A stretch of 64,000 nt of DNA, taken from a bacterium. GTDB lineage: Bacteria > Patescibacteriota > Patescibacteriia > Patescibacteriales > GWE2-39-37. Position numbers and translations under genes: made by a program. The stretch spans positions 15,031-79,030 of the forward strand of contig JBAWWA010000006.1 of NCBI GenBank assembly GCA_037146995.1. The letters run 5' to 3'. The first letter of the stretch is position 1. Every line of letters starts with the position of its first letter. Positions 9,153-19,354 of this stretch are shown here, piece by piece. Below the pieces are notes generated by a model. That model was not told where the DNA came from. It made no database searches and saw nothing but the letters and a program-made list of their open reading frames with translations.

Positions 9153-9178
9153 AAAAACCACCCTTATGGGTGGTTTTT
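9153..9178 (+). terminator. rho-independent terminator after tRNA-Arg
   Basis: AAAAACCACCC-TTAT-GGGTGGTTTTT hairpin with a T-run. Confidence 0.7.
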
Positions 9179-9197
9179 GGTTATTTAGGGCGTTTTA

Positions 9198-9229
9198 TGG
9201 TAAAATATACATATCCACAGGCTGGATAT
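9198..9229 (+). promoter_or_regulatory. candidate ftsK promoter (extended -10) with an overlapping palindromic operator containing a DnaA-box-like core
   Basis: TGgTAAAAT at 9198-9206. Four nt later comes ATATCCA-CAGGC-TGGATAT (9211-9229), a perfect 7-bp inverted repeat. TATCCACA lies at 9212-9219. Confidence 0.4.
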
Positions 9230-9296
9230 TTTTAGCTATTGAATCATGAAAATGAATTAAAATAGTCATTAAAAAGGTAAATTTAATATTTTTAAT

Positions 9297-11969
9297 ATGG
9301 CTCGACGACGAAAGAAAACTTATCGCAATTTTTTTGGCAAAAGCCCCCTCGAAGGTTTGATGCCGGAATTTGAATTCAGTCAGGAAATCCGCAAAGGCAT
9401 TTGGGTGGTTTTATTTATTTTATTCGGTATTATTAGCTTGTTATCACTTTTTGGTTCGGCCGGCATGATCGGTGAATATATAAATAGTTTTTTTGTCGCC
9501 TTGCTTGGTTTTGGTAGTTGGTATTCTCCAGTCATTTTGATCGGTATTGGATATTTGCTCTATGCCAAGGAAAAGCGGGCGGTCCGGGGTAGCGTTTATT
9601 TGGGTTTATTTTTCTTTGTGGCTTCGATGCAGGGCTTGTTTCATATTTTTTATGATCAGACTTTGTGGGTGTCTAATATTGAGATTGGTACTGGTGGTGG
9701 GTATATCGGCTATTGGGTGGCCTCATTGTTTGTGACCTTGATGGGCTTTTGGGCCTCGTTGTTTTTATTGGTTGGTCTACTTCTGATTGCCCTGATGTTT
9801 GTTTTTAATAAGCCGCTCAATGAGCTAATCGGTGGTGATAGCTTCTTTGGTAAGTTGATGTCGCCTTTTAATTGGCTAATCAGAAAGATCTTCCGCCGTG
9901 GTGAGCAAACAGACGAAGAAGAAAACGAAGAGGAAGATGAGAATGAAGAAGAAGAGGTAGACGAAGAAGAAAACGAAGAGGAAGAGGAGAATGAAGAAGA
10001 AGAAAAAAAAGGCTTTAGCAAAAAATTAATCCCGGCCTTTATTGAGAGGGCTAAAGTAACTAAAGCGCCATTAGCTGAAAATATCTGGAAAACGACGAAT
10101 GTTGAAATCGATTTCCCGATGGACTATTTGTCAAATAAAGTTGGCAAGTCAGTAGCGGGTGATATTAAAGAGGCGAAAGAGATTATTCGTTCAACTTTCC
10201 AGACTTTTGGTATCAAGGTTGAGATGGGCGATGTTGAAGTCGGCCCGACCGTAACACGCTACACTTTGAAGCCAGCCGATGGTGTTCGTTTGTCAAAGAT
10301 TACTGAGCTTAATAGCAATCTCGCGTTAGCTTTGGCTGCTAGGTCAATTCGTTTTGAGGCGCCTATCCCAGGCAAAGCCCTGGTTGGTATTGAGGTGCCC
10401 AACAAGACCACTGCCGTTGTTGGTTTGCGTGAGGTCCTAGAGAATGATGAATATCAAAATGTTACCGAAGAGCATCGCAAAAAGCGAAAGGGCAATTTAC
10501 TCTTCGCCCTAGGCAAAGACGTCTCTGGCGAGGTTTGTTTTTATGATTTGGCGGATGCGCCGCATTTACTGGTCGCAGGTCAGACAAAATCCGGTAAATC
10601 GGTCGGTATTAATTCGATTATTTTGAGTCTATTATCACAGAATGGGCCGGATGAATTGCGCTTGATCATGGTTGATCCGAAACGTGTTGAGCTAACGATT
10701 TATAATAATTTGCCGCATTTATTGTGTCCGGTTATTACTGATGTGCCAAAGACGGTCAATGTGTTGAAGTGGTGTTTGGGCGAGATGGAGAGGCGCCTGG
10801 ATTTGATGAGTGAAAAACACAAGGTTAATATAGTCGAATATAATCAGGCCTCAAAGCAAAAATTACCTTACATTGTGGTGGTGATTGATGAGTTGGCTGA
10901 TCTGATGTCATCAGGTTCGCGCAAAGAGGTTGAGGGAAATCTGGTCAGACTATTACAAATGGCTCGTGCCGCTGGCATTCATTTGGTGCTAGCAACGCAG
11001 AGGCCAAGTACTGACATTATTCTTGGCACGATGAAAGCTAATTTGCCAGCGCGTATTGCGTTTGCTGTTATGTCTGGTATCGACTCCAGCACCATCCTTG
11101 ATCAGCGCGGAGCGGAAAAACTACTTGGCAAGGGAGATATGCTGTTCTTGTCGGCCGAGATGCCGAAGCCACGTCGTATTCAAGGGGCTTTTGTGTCAAG
11201 CGCAGAAATTAAAAAAATAGTTGACAAGATTAAAAGCCAAGGTGAGCCAAACTATATCGATGGCATTACTGGCAAGCAAAAAGCTGGCAGTTCAGGTGGT
11301 GGCGGTGGTGCAGGTTCTTTTGATGGCGAAGGCGCTGATGATGAATTATTTGAGGAAGCAAAAGAAATTATTATCAATTCTGGCAAGGCCTCAACATCGT
11401 ATTTGCAACGACGTTTGTCGATCGGCTATGGTCGCGCCGCCAAATTGATTGATATGCTTGAAAACGCTGGCATCGTTGGTGCGCCTAATGGTTCAAAGCC
11501 GCGCGAGATTCTAATCTCGAAAGAGCAGTACGAGCGCATGTTGTCACAAGGCGTCTCTGGGGTGAGCGTTCATGATCGTGACAGTTTTGAGGCGCCAGAA
11601 AATTATCTAGGCGACGATGAAGATGATTCAGAAGATGAGGCTGAAGTTTTTGAGGAGGCAGAGGAGGAAATTTTAGAGGAGATGAATGACGAAGAAGAAA
11701 TGGATGAAGATTTAAACGAAGAAGATGGGGAGGAAGAAACCGAGGATGAGCCTGAGACTGAAGAAGATGATGATGAGTCATCTGAGGATGATCACGAAGA
11801 CGAAGATGAGTCTGAAGAGGAAGAGGAGGAAGAGGAGGTGCCAAAAAAGAAAACAACTAAAGCTAAAAAACCGGTAGCAATTAAAAAAAATTCTTCGAAA
11901 AAAATAGCCAGTGCAAAATCAAAACCGGCTTTGAGTGAAGATGAATTTGATCGCTTGTTTTCTAAGTAG
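9297..11969 (+). CDS. ftsK: DNA translocase FtsK/SpoIIIE with acidic low-complexity insertions
   Basis: N-terminal TM helices, Walker A GQTKSGKS, Walker B VVVIDELADLM, gamma winged-helix STSYLQRRLSIGYGRAAKLIDMLE. E-rich linker, plus an about 165-aa acidic then Lys-rich tail after the gamma domain. Confidence 0.9.
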   Translation: MARRRKKTYRNFFGKSPLEGLMPEFEFSQEIRKGIWVVLFILFGIISLLSLFGSAGMIGEYINSFFVALLGFGSWYSPVILIGIGYLLYAKEKRAVRGSVYLGLFFFVASMQGLFHIFYDQTLWVSNIEIGTGGGYIGYWVASLFVTLMGFWASLFLLVGLLLIALMFVFNKPLNELIGGDSFFGKLMSPFNWLIRKIFRRGEQTDEEENEEEDENEEEEVDEEENEEEEENEEEEKKGFSKKLIPAFIERAKVTKAPLAENIWKTTNVEIDFPMDYLSNKVGKSVAGDIKEAKEIIRSTFQTFGIKVEMGDVEVGPTVTRYTLKPADGVRLSKITELNSNLALALAARSIRFEAPIPGKALVGIEVPNKTTAVVGLREVLENDEYQNVTEEHRKKRKGNLLFALGKDVSGEVCFYDLADAPHLLVAGQTKSGKSVGINSIILSLLSQNGPDELRLIMVDPKRVELTIYNNLPHLLCPVITDVPKTVNVLKWCLGEMERRLDLMSEKHKVNIVEYNQASKQKLPYIVVVIDELADLMSSGSRKEVEGNLVRLLQMARAAGIHLVLATQRPSTDIILGTMKANLPARIAFAVMSGIDSSTILDQRGAEKLLGKGDMLFLSAEMPKPRRIQGAFVSSAEIKKIVDKIKSQGEPNYIDGITGKQKAGSSGGGGGAGSFDGEGADDELFEEAKEIIINSGKASTSYLQRRLSIGYGRAAKLIDMLENAGIVGAPNGSKPREILISKEQYERMLSQGVSGVSVHDRDSFEAPENYLGDDEDDSEDEAEVFEEAEEEILEEMNDEEEMDEDLNEEDGEEETEDEPETEEDDDESSEDDHEDEDESEEEEEEEEVPKKKTTKAKKPVAIKKNSSKKIASAKSKPALSEDEFDRLFSK
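9912..10007 (+). repeat. in-frame 48-nt tandem duplication inside ftsK (DEEENEEE[DE]ENEEEE[VK] x2)
   Basis: 9912-9959 and 9960-10007 differ at only a few positions. Both are in the ftsK frame. Confidence 0.85.
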
Positions 11970-12044
11970 TTGACTCATGAGCGCTGAATCTGATAGCAAG
12001 AATGATTTGGTAAATTAATTTGAAGCAGTTAATAAAAATTTTAA

Positions 12045-12206
12045 ATGCAAACCAGTCGAGATGATGAAATTGCTATTTTAAGCAAAGAATATCAGTTGAA
12101 AATAAATAAGATCAAAAATGATGCGGTAAAAAAAATCAATGCCGTTGTTCGGGCTGCTGAAAAAAGAAGGCTAGGTCAATTAAACGTCGGTATAAAAGCA
12201 AATTAA
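12045..12206 (+). CDS. possible small ORF (53 aa, Lys-rich helical), below the ORF-track size cutoff
   Basis: ATG at 12045 to TAA at 12204-12206 (MQTSRDDEIAILSKEYQLKINKIKNDAVKKINAVVRAAEKRRLGQLNVGIKAN). It ends 4 nt before the giant ORF. There is no other support. Confidence 0.25.
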   Translation: MQTSRDDEIAILSKEYQLKINKIKNDAVKKINAVVRAAEKRRLGQLNVGIKAN

Positions 12207-12210
12207 TAAT

Positions 12211-15200
12211 ATGGCAAAAGGTGAACCAAAATTAAAATTACATGCGGTCGCTGAACAATTTAAGGGTCTTGATCGAAATTCAGCGCCTCAAAAAATTGAA
12301 GAAACTGTTGAAAGTATAAAGAATCAGGCTGCGGACGTGAAAAAGAATATTATTGACTATGCTGCAAAATTTGAGGGCACTGGCTTGTCGGTGGAGGATA
12401 AGGAAATTATTAACCGTTATACTAATGAAGCATGCAGCCAGGTTGACGGGGTTTGCGAAAGTTATTCTGAACAAATTAGGGCAATTAATGATAATATTTG
12501 GTCTAATAAGCAGCGAAAAAAATATCAAGATGGCGATGTGAATGAGATAAACAATCTTTTAAATTCATTTGGCCAAGATAGTAGTAAAGCGGAACAGGGT
12601 TTTAAGGGACGCTTGGATGGTGATTATGAGACAAGACAGACCACCGAGTTACGTAAGGATACACTACTTTCACCTCTCAAATTAGAGGCCTGGCTCAAGA
12701 AGGAGTGCTTTGATGATTTTGGTATTATAAATTTGACAGAATATCTAAAGATGAATCCAGTCTTGGCAGAGCAAGCACGTTTATTAAATTATCATTTTGA
12801 CAAAAAACAAGCTGAAAATGAGCGGATAAATCCTAAAACTTTACCTTTGCGCAATAATGTTGTTGATTTTTTGAATTTACTTTTGGATGAATGTGACCGT
12901 TTACGCGAACAAGGCAAGGAAGTCGAGGTTGATGTTGATAAATTGACTAGCTTATTGCGCAGCCTATCGCCCAAGGCTAGAAATGACATTAACAGTAAAC
13001 GTCGTGCGGTAGGTGAAAAACCCCTGGCAGCTGGAGAAGGTAAAGCGGTGGGAGTGCGCGAAAAGATGCTGCTTTTTGGAGATTATGAGGGATTTGTCGA
13101 TAATGTCAAATCAGCTTATTCGGAGGCCAGTATTTTGGCATTTTATAGTAAGAGCGCTTACAAGGAACGTGCCAAAGGTTTAAGAGGTGAGAAGCTGGGT
13201 AGTTATGAGCAGTTATTAAATGGACATCTTGGAAAATGTCAAGAAGCATTAAGAGTCGCCCAAAGTGGTCAATTCGCTAATGATAGTTCGGGTCAAACCG
13301 TTATGAAGTTTCTTGAATTACTGCGAAAACGTGGCGAAATTGATCGAGCAGAGGCTATAAAAAATAAATGGCTCGAGTTTCAAGTTAATGATAATAAAAA
13401 TCGCATCAGAATTATTAATATCTATTTGGCGCAAACATTGTCAGAAGAACAGGATAAGCTTGATAATGCTTTCGAGACTGGAGATTATAAAAAGGCTAAC
13501 GAAGAGTTTAATAATTTGGCATCTGCTAATTTGGCAAGAGGCATTTCCTCCTTGTCAGCTGAAGATTTACAACTTCATTTAGAGAAACTATTAAACAGTC
13601 AAAAAGCTTATAATCCAAAAAAACCAATTAGGACAATTGAAGTTTCGCATACGGTTAAAGGCAAGGTTTATGATTTTAAATTGCCAGTCCAGAGTGTTAT
13701 TGGAGCGATAAACGCAATCAATCCAGACATAATCAAAAATTTTAAGCCAGTTAAGCCAAGGGGAAAGTATGCCACCATGGGTAAAGCTGAAGCGATTTTT
13801 AATCTTTTTGATAAGGGGCGGATTATGTCTGCTTTTATTCCAAGTAATGAGGGCGTTAGTGGATTGGAAGCTACTGATCACCAATATGAAAAGTGGGAAG
13901 ATAGGGTTAGAATCGAAGGTGATGGATATGATGGCGAGCAATTGACAGTCGAAAAGCTGAGCATGTTGGGTGTTAAACCGGAATTTCAAGTTCAGATTGC
14001 TGGAACGAATATGTTTTTGTCTAAGGTGATAACCGGCGGTAGTAGGCTATCGCTGGTCGTATTTGTTGAACAAATTGAATCTGGCAAAAAAATTTTAATA
14101 CCACGTGGTTATTATTTTAGTAATTCGCAGGGTGTTTGGCGTCATGCACCCAATTATGATTTTTCCTGGATTGGCAAGGGTGGATCTGACAAAAATAGCG
14201 AAGATCATATGACTGCACCATTTGAGCTGCAGCAAAAAATTTCTAGCTTGATTTGTGTTGATAATGTCAAAGAAAATTGTCTTGAACTAGGGCGTAATGA
14301 TAGGAATTTGGTTCTTTATGGTAGTGGAAAATTTTTAAATAAGGGTGATTCTCTGTACAAAGGACTTGAAGGTGAGATGAGTGAGCCGATTTATCTGCCT
14401 GGTAATTTATTTTCAAATAATGGTAAAGAGCTTGTAAAGCCTGAAGTCTTGGATGTGCCAACTGAATATCAACCAGAATTTTCAAATAAAATCGCATCTT
14501 GGGGCTTGCCATCTGATTTGTATGGCTTTATAGAATATGAAGCTTTTAAATCTAAAAATGAAGATATAGTCTATACGTTTTGTACCACCGGTGATGGCAA
14601 GGTTTGGATTGGCAGCATCGAAGGTTTGGGTGAATTAAATTCGCATGGTATTAGGCGGGAGCCAGTAAGTGCTGGAGATTTAACTACGCCTGCCTTTGAG
14701 TATAATACAGCAACTGCCAATCAGACTGGTGGGTATGGTGGTGGTGAGCTTAAAGGTGATTATGAAAATATTAGCGAAAATTATCATAAAAATATTCCGA
14801 TAATTAAAAATTACCTGGCCTACAAAAGGAACGTGCCTGTAGATACTACTAATGAGAGCGAGCAACACGTAGTAACTGGTAACAATAAGGCTGGTAATAC
14901 GAATGAAAAATTAGACTTAACTCAAGAAGGTGAGTTCGCTGGGCTTAAAAACTTTCAGGCGATTTTTGAAAAGATAAATGAGATAACTAAAAAGGGCCTA
15001 GGTGGTTTTCAAAAAGATTTGCCACTAATCTTGAGTGTCATTAAGGGTGAAAAAAATATCAATACCATAACAGAGTCAAATGGATTGCGGGCAATGGTCG
15101 AAGGACTTAAGCCAGAAGTGATAGATAAGGCTCAAGAACTTGTGGCCAGAAGTATTGAAAATGATTTTCTAGTCGAGGTAAGCAAACAAGAGTTCTTGCA

Positions 15201-17670
15201 ACAAGAAATTGATCGGCGCAATGAATTAATCGGGGAAGTCTACAAGACGGGTGATTTTGGTAAAGCAGCTGAGTTCTCTGCAATGGTGTATTGGTTAAAT
15301 CAAGCCCTGAGCAAGGAGTTGGAGTTGCAAGATTCCAAAGCCAAGGAAAATCCAGCTGAGGTGATAGCCAAAACCTCTTTTAAATATGAGGCTGTGGTGG
15401 CTGATTCGCGTTTGCAAATTACGGCACTGCGTGAGCAGATGGAGGCGGCTAAAACTGAGACTAGTTGGGCGCGAAAGATTTTTATTGGACTAGACAAGAG
15501 TGTAAAATATAATGAGCTTAAAGCGCAATTTGAACAAGCGCTTGCAAGTCATCGTGAGCTACTCCTAAGTAGCACTAGAGAATTTGTTCAGGCGCAACCA
15601 AGCGGTGCGAATGTTGAAAGTGTTAAACAGCAGGTGCTTGATACGGTTTTGTATGAGGCTGAATTTCGCATGGCCATGCAGCCGAAGGATGCTCGAGTGG
15701 ATAACATTATGGGCTGGTTGGGCTCAGAGTGGAATGACTATCAAACTCGAAAAGGTTTGGTTGGTAAAGGTGCTGAAAATACAGTAAAAACTTTTAGTTC
15801 GATTTTTGGCAAAATGTCAAAGGGGCTCGAAAAAGGCGTGGCTAAAACTGTTAGTCTGGGTCGAGGTGAAGAGGTTGAGAAAAAAACCGCCGAATGGCTA
15901 GAAAAGAAAAAGGCTGGCAAGTATATTATGGCCGGCTTAGGCATTGCAGCGACGGTGGGCTTTACTGGGTTGGCTGTGGGTGGCGTTAAGGGTTTAAGGT
16001 ATTTGGCAAGTCTAGGCATGGGTGCAGTAGTTGAGGCCCGCAATATTAGTCGATCCAGGTCTGCAGACGAAAGAGTAAGTCAGACAAAGGAGGACATTAG
16101 CAACGCAGAATTAACTGACGACTTTTTGGCTTCACTTGACTTGCACATTGATGAGTATTCGCAAAAACTTGATGAAATGACCAAAGAGAAGTCTCGGTCA
16201 AATCGAAATAGAATCTTGGCTGCAGTGGCTATCGGTGGGGCTAATATTGCCTGGAGTCTCGAGCATCTTGATAGTATTGTCGCCAAAGACGGTGCCACTG
16301 GTTTGTACGATAAAGTAATTAATGGCAAGACTAGCCCTGTTGCACCCAATCTTGATCAATTAAGAAGTCATGATGCGCAGGCAGATTCAGCTCATCAGGT
16401 CGCTGCGAAGCCTGAAACGGCCGAAGGCATAAGAAACACAGCCGAGGCGGTAACCGCTCATGAAGCAGAAGTAGTAAGGATTGAGCATGGCGACAGTGCT
16501 TGGCGACTTGTCAGACAACACCTAGAGCAGCAAGGTACGCCAAAGGATCAATTAAATCTCAAAACGCAATCAATACTCTTGAAGAATGGCTATGTTGACG
16601 GTCAGGGTAACACCTTAAAAGGACTACGTGAGGGTGGGGCTTTTTCGCTTGATGAAAATAACACGATTCATGTTGGTAAAAATAGTGAGTATGATTTTCA
16701 AAAATATCAAGTTGAGGAGGTGGGGGCTGTAGAGTCGACATCGGCAGTAGAAGAGGTTGAAGACCAAGAGATAGTGATTGAGTCAGCTGGACCGTATGAT
16801 ACAGCAATAAAAAATATTCAAGACAAATTCGGCTCAGAATTAAAAATTATTGGTTACGATAAGGATTTATCACATATAATCATTAGAGACAATGCTGATT
16901 TTGAGCATAGGATAGGACTCGCAAATAGGCCTGAGGCAGAGATTAAATATGAAATTGATAATGTCTCGAAAAGTTTGAGCTCTTTGCGTGAGTCTGTTGG
17001 TACAAAAGTTTTAGAATTAAAAGACGATACTGGCAATGTGTTAGAAAAAAAGGAAGTTTTTGGAATTAGTCCGGACAGTGCAGCTAAAATTTTAGGCAAA
17101 AAATCTATCATAAATTTTGATGATGCCGACTTTACCGTCTTGAAGTTTGTTAATAAACATCTGCAAGAATTTGATGGCAATACTAATAGGGCGGCCGAAT
17201 TTGTAGCTATAAGTGAAAAAGCAGGCTTTCCTTGTAATTCGGCTGACGATCCTGAATTGCATAAATTTCTAGTTGAAAAATATAGATTCCTGCCTCAGGG
17301 CTTAACTGTTGATGAAAAAGCGGGTCTGGCCATTCTCGGTCATGACGACATGCGAACTGACATGATGAAAAGCGGGGCGATAAAAACTTTTGGCAAGGGC
17401 ATACTAGGGGTAGATTCGGAGATTGTGCGTTCAAAAAATGGTGTGGTAAATATTGTTAATGCTTTCGGTCACGATGGTTATGCTTTGCGAATCTTTGATA
17501 ATAAAATTAGCATTATTGGGCCTGCAAAATATCTTTTTGGCGAAGACGAGGTTTTGGGGGCGACTGACATAACGGAAAAAATACTGGCTAGTGGTAGTAA
17601 TGAATTGAATATTATTATTGCCAAAACTATTAAGGCAAGAGCGGACATGGCTGCCGTAAATCAAAATTAA
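12211..17670 (+). CDS. giant orphan protein (1819 aa) with central TM helices
   Basis: Uninterrupted 5.46-kb ORF. Coiled-coil-like N-terminal third; hydrophobic segments YIMAGLGIAATVGFTGLAVGGV and ILAAVAIGGANIAWSL at roughly residues 1225-1330. No catalytic motif recognised. Confidence 0.7.
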   Translation: MAKGEPKLKLHAVAEQFKGLDRNSAPQKIEETVESIKNQAADVKKNIIDYAAKFEGTGLSVEDKEIINRYTNEACSQVDGVCESYSEQIRAINDNIWSNKQRKKYQDGDVNEINNLLNSFGQDSSKAEQGFKGRLDGDYETRQTTELRKDTLLSPLKLEAWLKKECFDDFGIINLTEYLKMNPVLAEQARLLNYHFDKKQAENERINPKTLPLRNNVVDFLNLLLDECDRLREQGKEVEVDVDKLTSLLRSLSPKARNDINSKRRAVGEKPLAAGEGKAVGVREKMLLFGDYEGFVDNVKSAYSEASILAFYSKSAYKERAKGLRGEKLGSYEQLLNGHLGKCQEALRVAQSGQFANDSSGQTVMKFLELLRKRGEIDRAEAIKNKWLEFQVNDNKNRIRIINIYLAQTLSEEQDKLDNAFETGDYKKANEEFNNLASANLARGISSLSAEDLQLHLEKLLNSQKAYNPKKPIRTIEVSHTVKGKVYDFKLPVQSVIGAINAINPDIIKNFKPVKPRGKYATMGKAEAIFNLFDKGRIMSAFIPSNEGVSGLEATDHQYEKWEDRVRIEGDGYDGEQLTVEKLSMLGVKPEFQVQIAGTNMFLSKVITGGSRLSLVVFVEQIESGKKILIPRGYYFSNSQGVWRHAPNYDFSWIGKGGSDKNSEDHMTAPFELQQKISSLICVDNVKENCLELGRNDRNLVLYGSGKFLNKGDSLYKGLEGEMSEPIYLPGNLFSNNGKELVKPEVLDVPTEYQPEFSNKIASWGLPSDLYGFIEYEAFKSKNEDIVYTFCTTGDGKVWIGSIEGLGELNSHGIRREPVSAGDLTTPAFEYNTATANQTGGYGGGELKGDYENISENYHKNIPIIKNYLAYKRNVPVDTTNESEQHVVTGNNKAGNTNEKLDLTQEGEFAGLKNFQAIFEKINEITKKGLGGFQKDLPLILSVIKGEKNINTITESNGLRAMVEGLKPEVIDKAQELVARSIENDFLVEVSKQEFLQQEIDRRNELIGEVYKTGDFGKAAEFSAMVYWLNQALSKELELQDSKAKENPAEVIAKTSFKYEAVVADSRLQITALREQMEAAKTETSWARKIFIGLDKSVKYNELKAQFEQALASHRELLLSSTREFVQAQPSGANVESVKQQVLDTVLYEAEFRMAMQPKDARVDNIMGWLGSEWNDYQTRKGLVGKGAENTVKTFSSIFGKMSKGLEKGVAKTVSLGRGEEVEKKTAEWLEKKKAGKYIMAGLGIAATVGFTGLAVGGVKGLRYLASLGMGAVVEARNISRSRSADERVSQTKEDISNAELTDDFLASLDLHIDEYSQKLDEMTKEKSRSNRNRILAAVAIGGANIAWSLEHLDSIVAKDGATGLYDKVINGKTSPVAPNLDQLRSHDAQADSAHQVAAKPETAEGIRNTAEAVTAHEAEVVRIEHGDSAWRLVRQHLEQQGTPKDQLNLKTQSILLKNGYVDGQGNTLKGLREGGAFSLDENNTIHVGKNSEYDFQKYQVEEVGAVESTSAVEEVEDQEIVIESAGPYDTAIKNIQDKFGSELKIIGYDKDLSHIIIRDNADFEHRIGLANRPEAEIKYEIDNVSKSLSSLRESVGTKVLELKDDTGNVLEKKEVFGISPDSAAKILGKKSIINFDDADFTVLKFVNKHLQEFDGNTNRAAEFVAISEKAGFPCNSADDPELHKFLVEKYRFLPQGLTVDEKAGLAILGHDDMRTDMMKSGAIKTFGKGILGVDSEIVRSKNGVVNIVNAFGHDGYALRIFDNKISIIGPAKYLFGEDEVLGATDITEKILASGSNELNIIIAKTIKARADMAAVNQN

Positions 17671-17687
17671 TTTTAAGTAAGAAATAT

Positions 17688-17999
17688 ATGCAAACACAAC
17701 TACAGCAAAATATATTAAAAGAGTTGGGCCTAGAAAATATGGCGCCCGAGAAAAAGGCTATAGTAATGGAAAAAATTGGCAAGGTAATTTTTCAGGCGAT
17801 TTTGATTCGAGTTCTTGAGGGCATGTCCGAGTCTGACAAGGAACGGTTTGATGAGCATCTGAAAAATAACCCAGATGACATGGAAGCACTTTTTGGATAT
17901 TTGGAAAAAAATGTGCTATACTTTTCAGACGTTGTGGAACAAGAAATTCTGAAGTTCAAAAAAGAAAGTTTGGGTATTTTAGGGCCATTAAATAAATAA
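17688..17999 (+). CDS. small helical protein (resembles the DUF5663-type small proteins common in CPR genomes; tentative)
   Basis: 103-aa ORF starting 17 nt after the giant ORF. The pattern LKELGLENMAPEKKAIVMEKIGKVIFQAILIRVLEGMSESDKERFDEHL underlies the call. The family assignment is from memory only. Confidence 0.5.
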   Translation: MQTQLQQNILKELGLENMAPEKKAIVMEKIGKVIFQAILIRVLEGMSESDKERFDEHLKNNPDDMEALFGYLEKNVLYFSDVVEQEILKFKKESLGILGPLNK

Positions 18000-18028
18000 A
18001 TTTTTTAAAATATAATTAAATTAAAATC

Positions 18029-19162
18029 ATGAAACAAGCAAACTTTAAAAAAGGCGCGATTTCGTTATTAGCACTGACCGTGCTAGTGGCTGGTATGCCA
18101 GTGTCGGCTGCCACAACAATTAATAACTTTCGATTGCTTAAGGATACGGTAGCAATGGATGGTTCTATTAATACAGGTGAATTTTATGGTGTTCAATATG
18201 ATGTTAGTGACCCTCTAGGCTTGAGATCAGCTCAAATTGAAGTCGCCACGGCAGACAATGTCGGTGATATTACTGGTACAGCACTTATAAATTTGGAACA
18301 ATATTTTAATGAGGCACCAGCGATTGCTGGTGTTTATCCTCCATCCTATACTAATAGTGCAGCTAGTACGATTAAAATTGATCCAGATTGGAATAATGGC
18401 ACAACAAGTGTTGTTAGGCGTTTAACTTTGGTTACAAAAAATTCAAAAATGGAGCAAAAAAGATCAGCTCCAATTTGGGTGACAATTTTTGGTAATCTAA
18501 AAATTACTAATTTTGATGTTGACGGCAAAACTCAATCTGGTGGTTCTGGTCTTGACATTTCACCTGTTATATTAAAACAAGACAAGAATTTGACCACGGG
18601 TAATATCTTAAAGGTAATGTCGACCGTTAACGCAGCAACAAAAAGAACTTTAACTGCCGGATCTAAAAAATTTCCAATTACCTTAGATGCACAGGATATT
18701 GATGCAGATGCGATGCAAACTGGTAAATACAATGTACAGTTATCCGCAATTGCTACTGCCGGTTTGAAGGATAAAACGGTGGTTTCGAAGCCAATTAGCG
18801 TAACAGTGTTGGGTATGCCAGAGCTTAAAGATCTTCGCTACAACGATACTACTGTGGCTACAAGTGTGGCTGGAGCAGTTACCGTAAAAAATGGTAAATG
18901 TAAGTTGTCAGCAACAAAACGAAATACTGATGATGTTGAATTTTTGTGGACTGGTATTAATTTAACTAAGTTGGCATTAAATGTTGATGGTGTGGACTAT
19001 TTATTTCCTAGTCCAAGCAGGAGAAATGCAACAGTATATTTTCAGCCTGATTGTTTAGCTACTACAGTAGCTGGCACAACCTATCCTTTTACATTAAAAG
19101 CAGAAAATACAAAGGATTATCAAGTTGCAACTGTTAACGGCAGTCTTTTGGTTAAGCCATAA
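18029..19162 (+). CDS. secreted protein, probably tandem Ig-like beta-sandwich domains
   Basis: Sec signal peptide MKQANFKKGAISLLALTVLVAGMPVSA/ATT. T/V/S-rich beta-type sequence. A strong terminator follows. Confidence 0.6.
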   Translation: MKQANFKKGAISLLALTVLVAGMPVSAATTINNFRLLKDTVAMDGSINTGEFYGVQYDVSDPLGLRSAQIEVATADNVGDITGTALINLEQYFNEAPAIAGVYPPSYTNSAASTIKIDPDWNNGTTSVVRRLTLVTKNSKMEQKRSAPIWVTIFGNLKITNFDVDGKTQSGGSGLDISPVILKQDKNLTTGNILKVMSTVNAATKRTLTAGSKKFPITLDAQDIDADAMQTGKYNVQLSAIATAGLKDKTVVSKPISVTVLGMPELKDLRYNDTTVATSVAGAVTVKNGKCKLSATKRNTDDVEFLWTGINLTKLALNVDGVDYLFPSPSRRNATVYFQPDCLATTVAGTTYPFTLKAENTKDYQVATVNGSLLVKP

Positions 19163-19180
19163 TAGTCGATTCTTTATTAA

Positions 19181-19208
19181 AAAAACCGCCAATCTTGGCG
19201 GTTTTTTG
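19181..19208 (+). terminator. rho-independent terminator
   Basis: AACCGCC-AATCTT-GGCGGTT hairpin flanked by an A-run and a T-run. Confidence 0.75.
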
Positions 19209-19354
19209 TTTTTATTAAAACCTTGCCAAATATCAAAAAATTGGCTAAAATAAGAGAGTAAATTAAGAAATTGTAATTATATTCAATTAGTTTAAAAGTG
19301 CTAATTTTTCTTTTTGTTTTTGAAGTAATTATATTATTGTAAATAAATTAATAT

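Noticed and set aside
9710-10021. Ser-rich 103-aa minus-strand ORF, and Pro-rich minus-strand ORFs at 63687-63948
   Set aside because: These are reverse-complement artefacts of the GAA/GAG (Glu) repeat in ftsK and the GGN (Gly) repeat in ORF 62411+.
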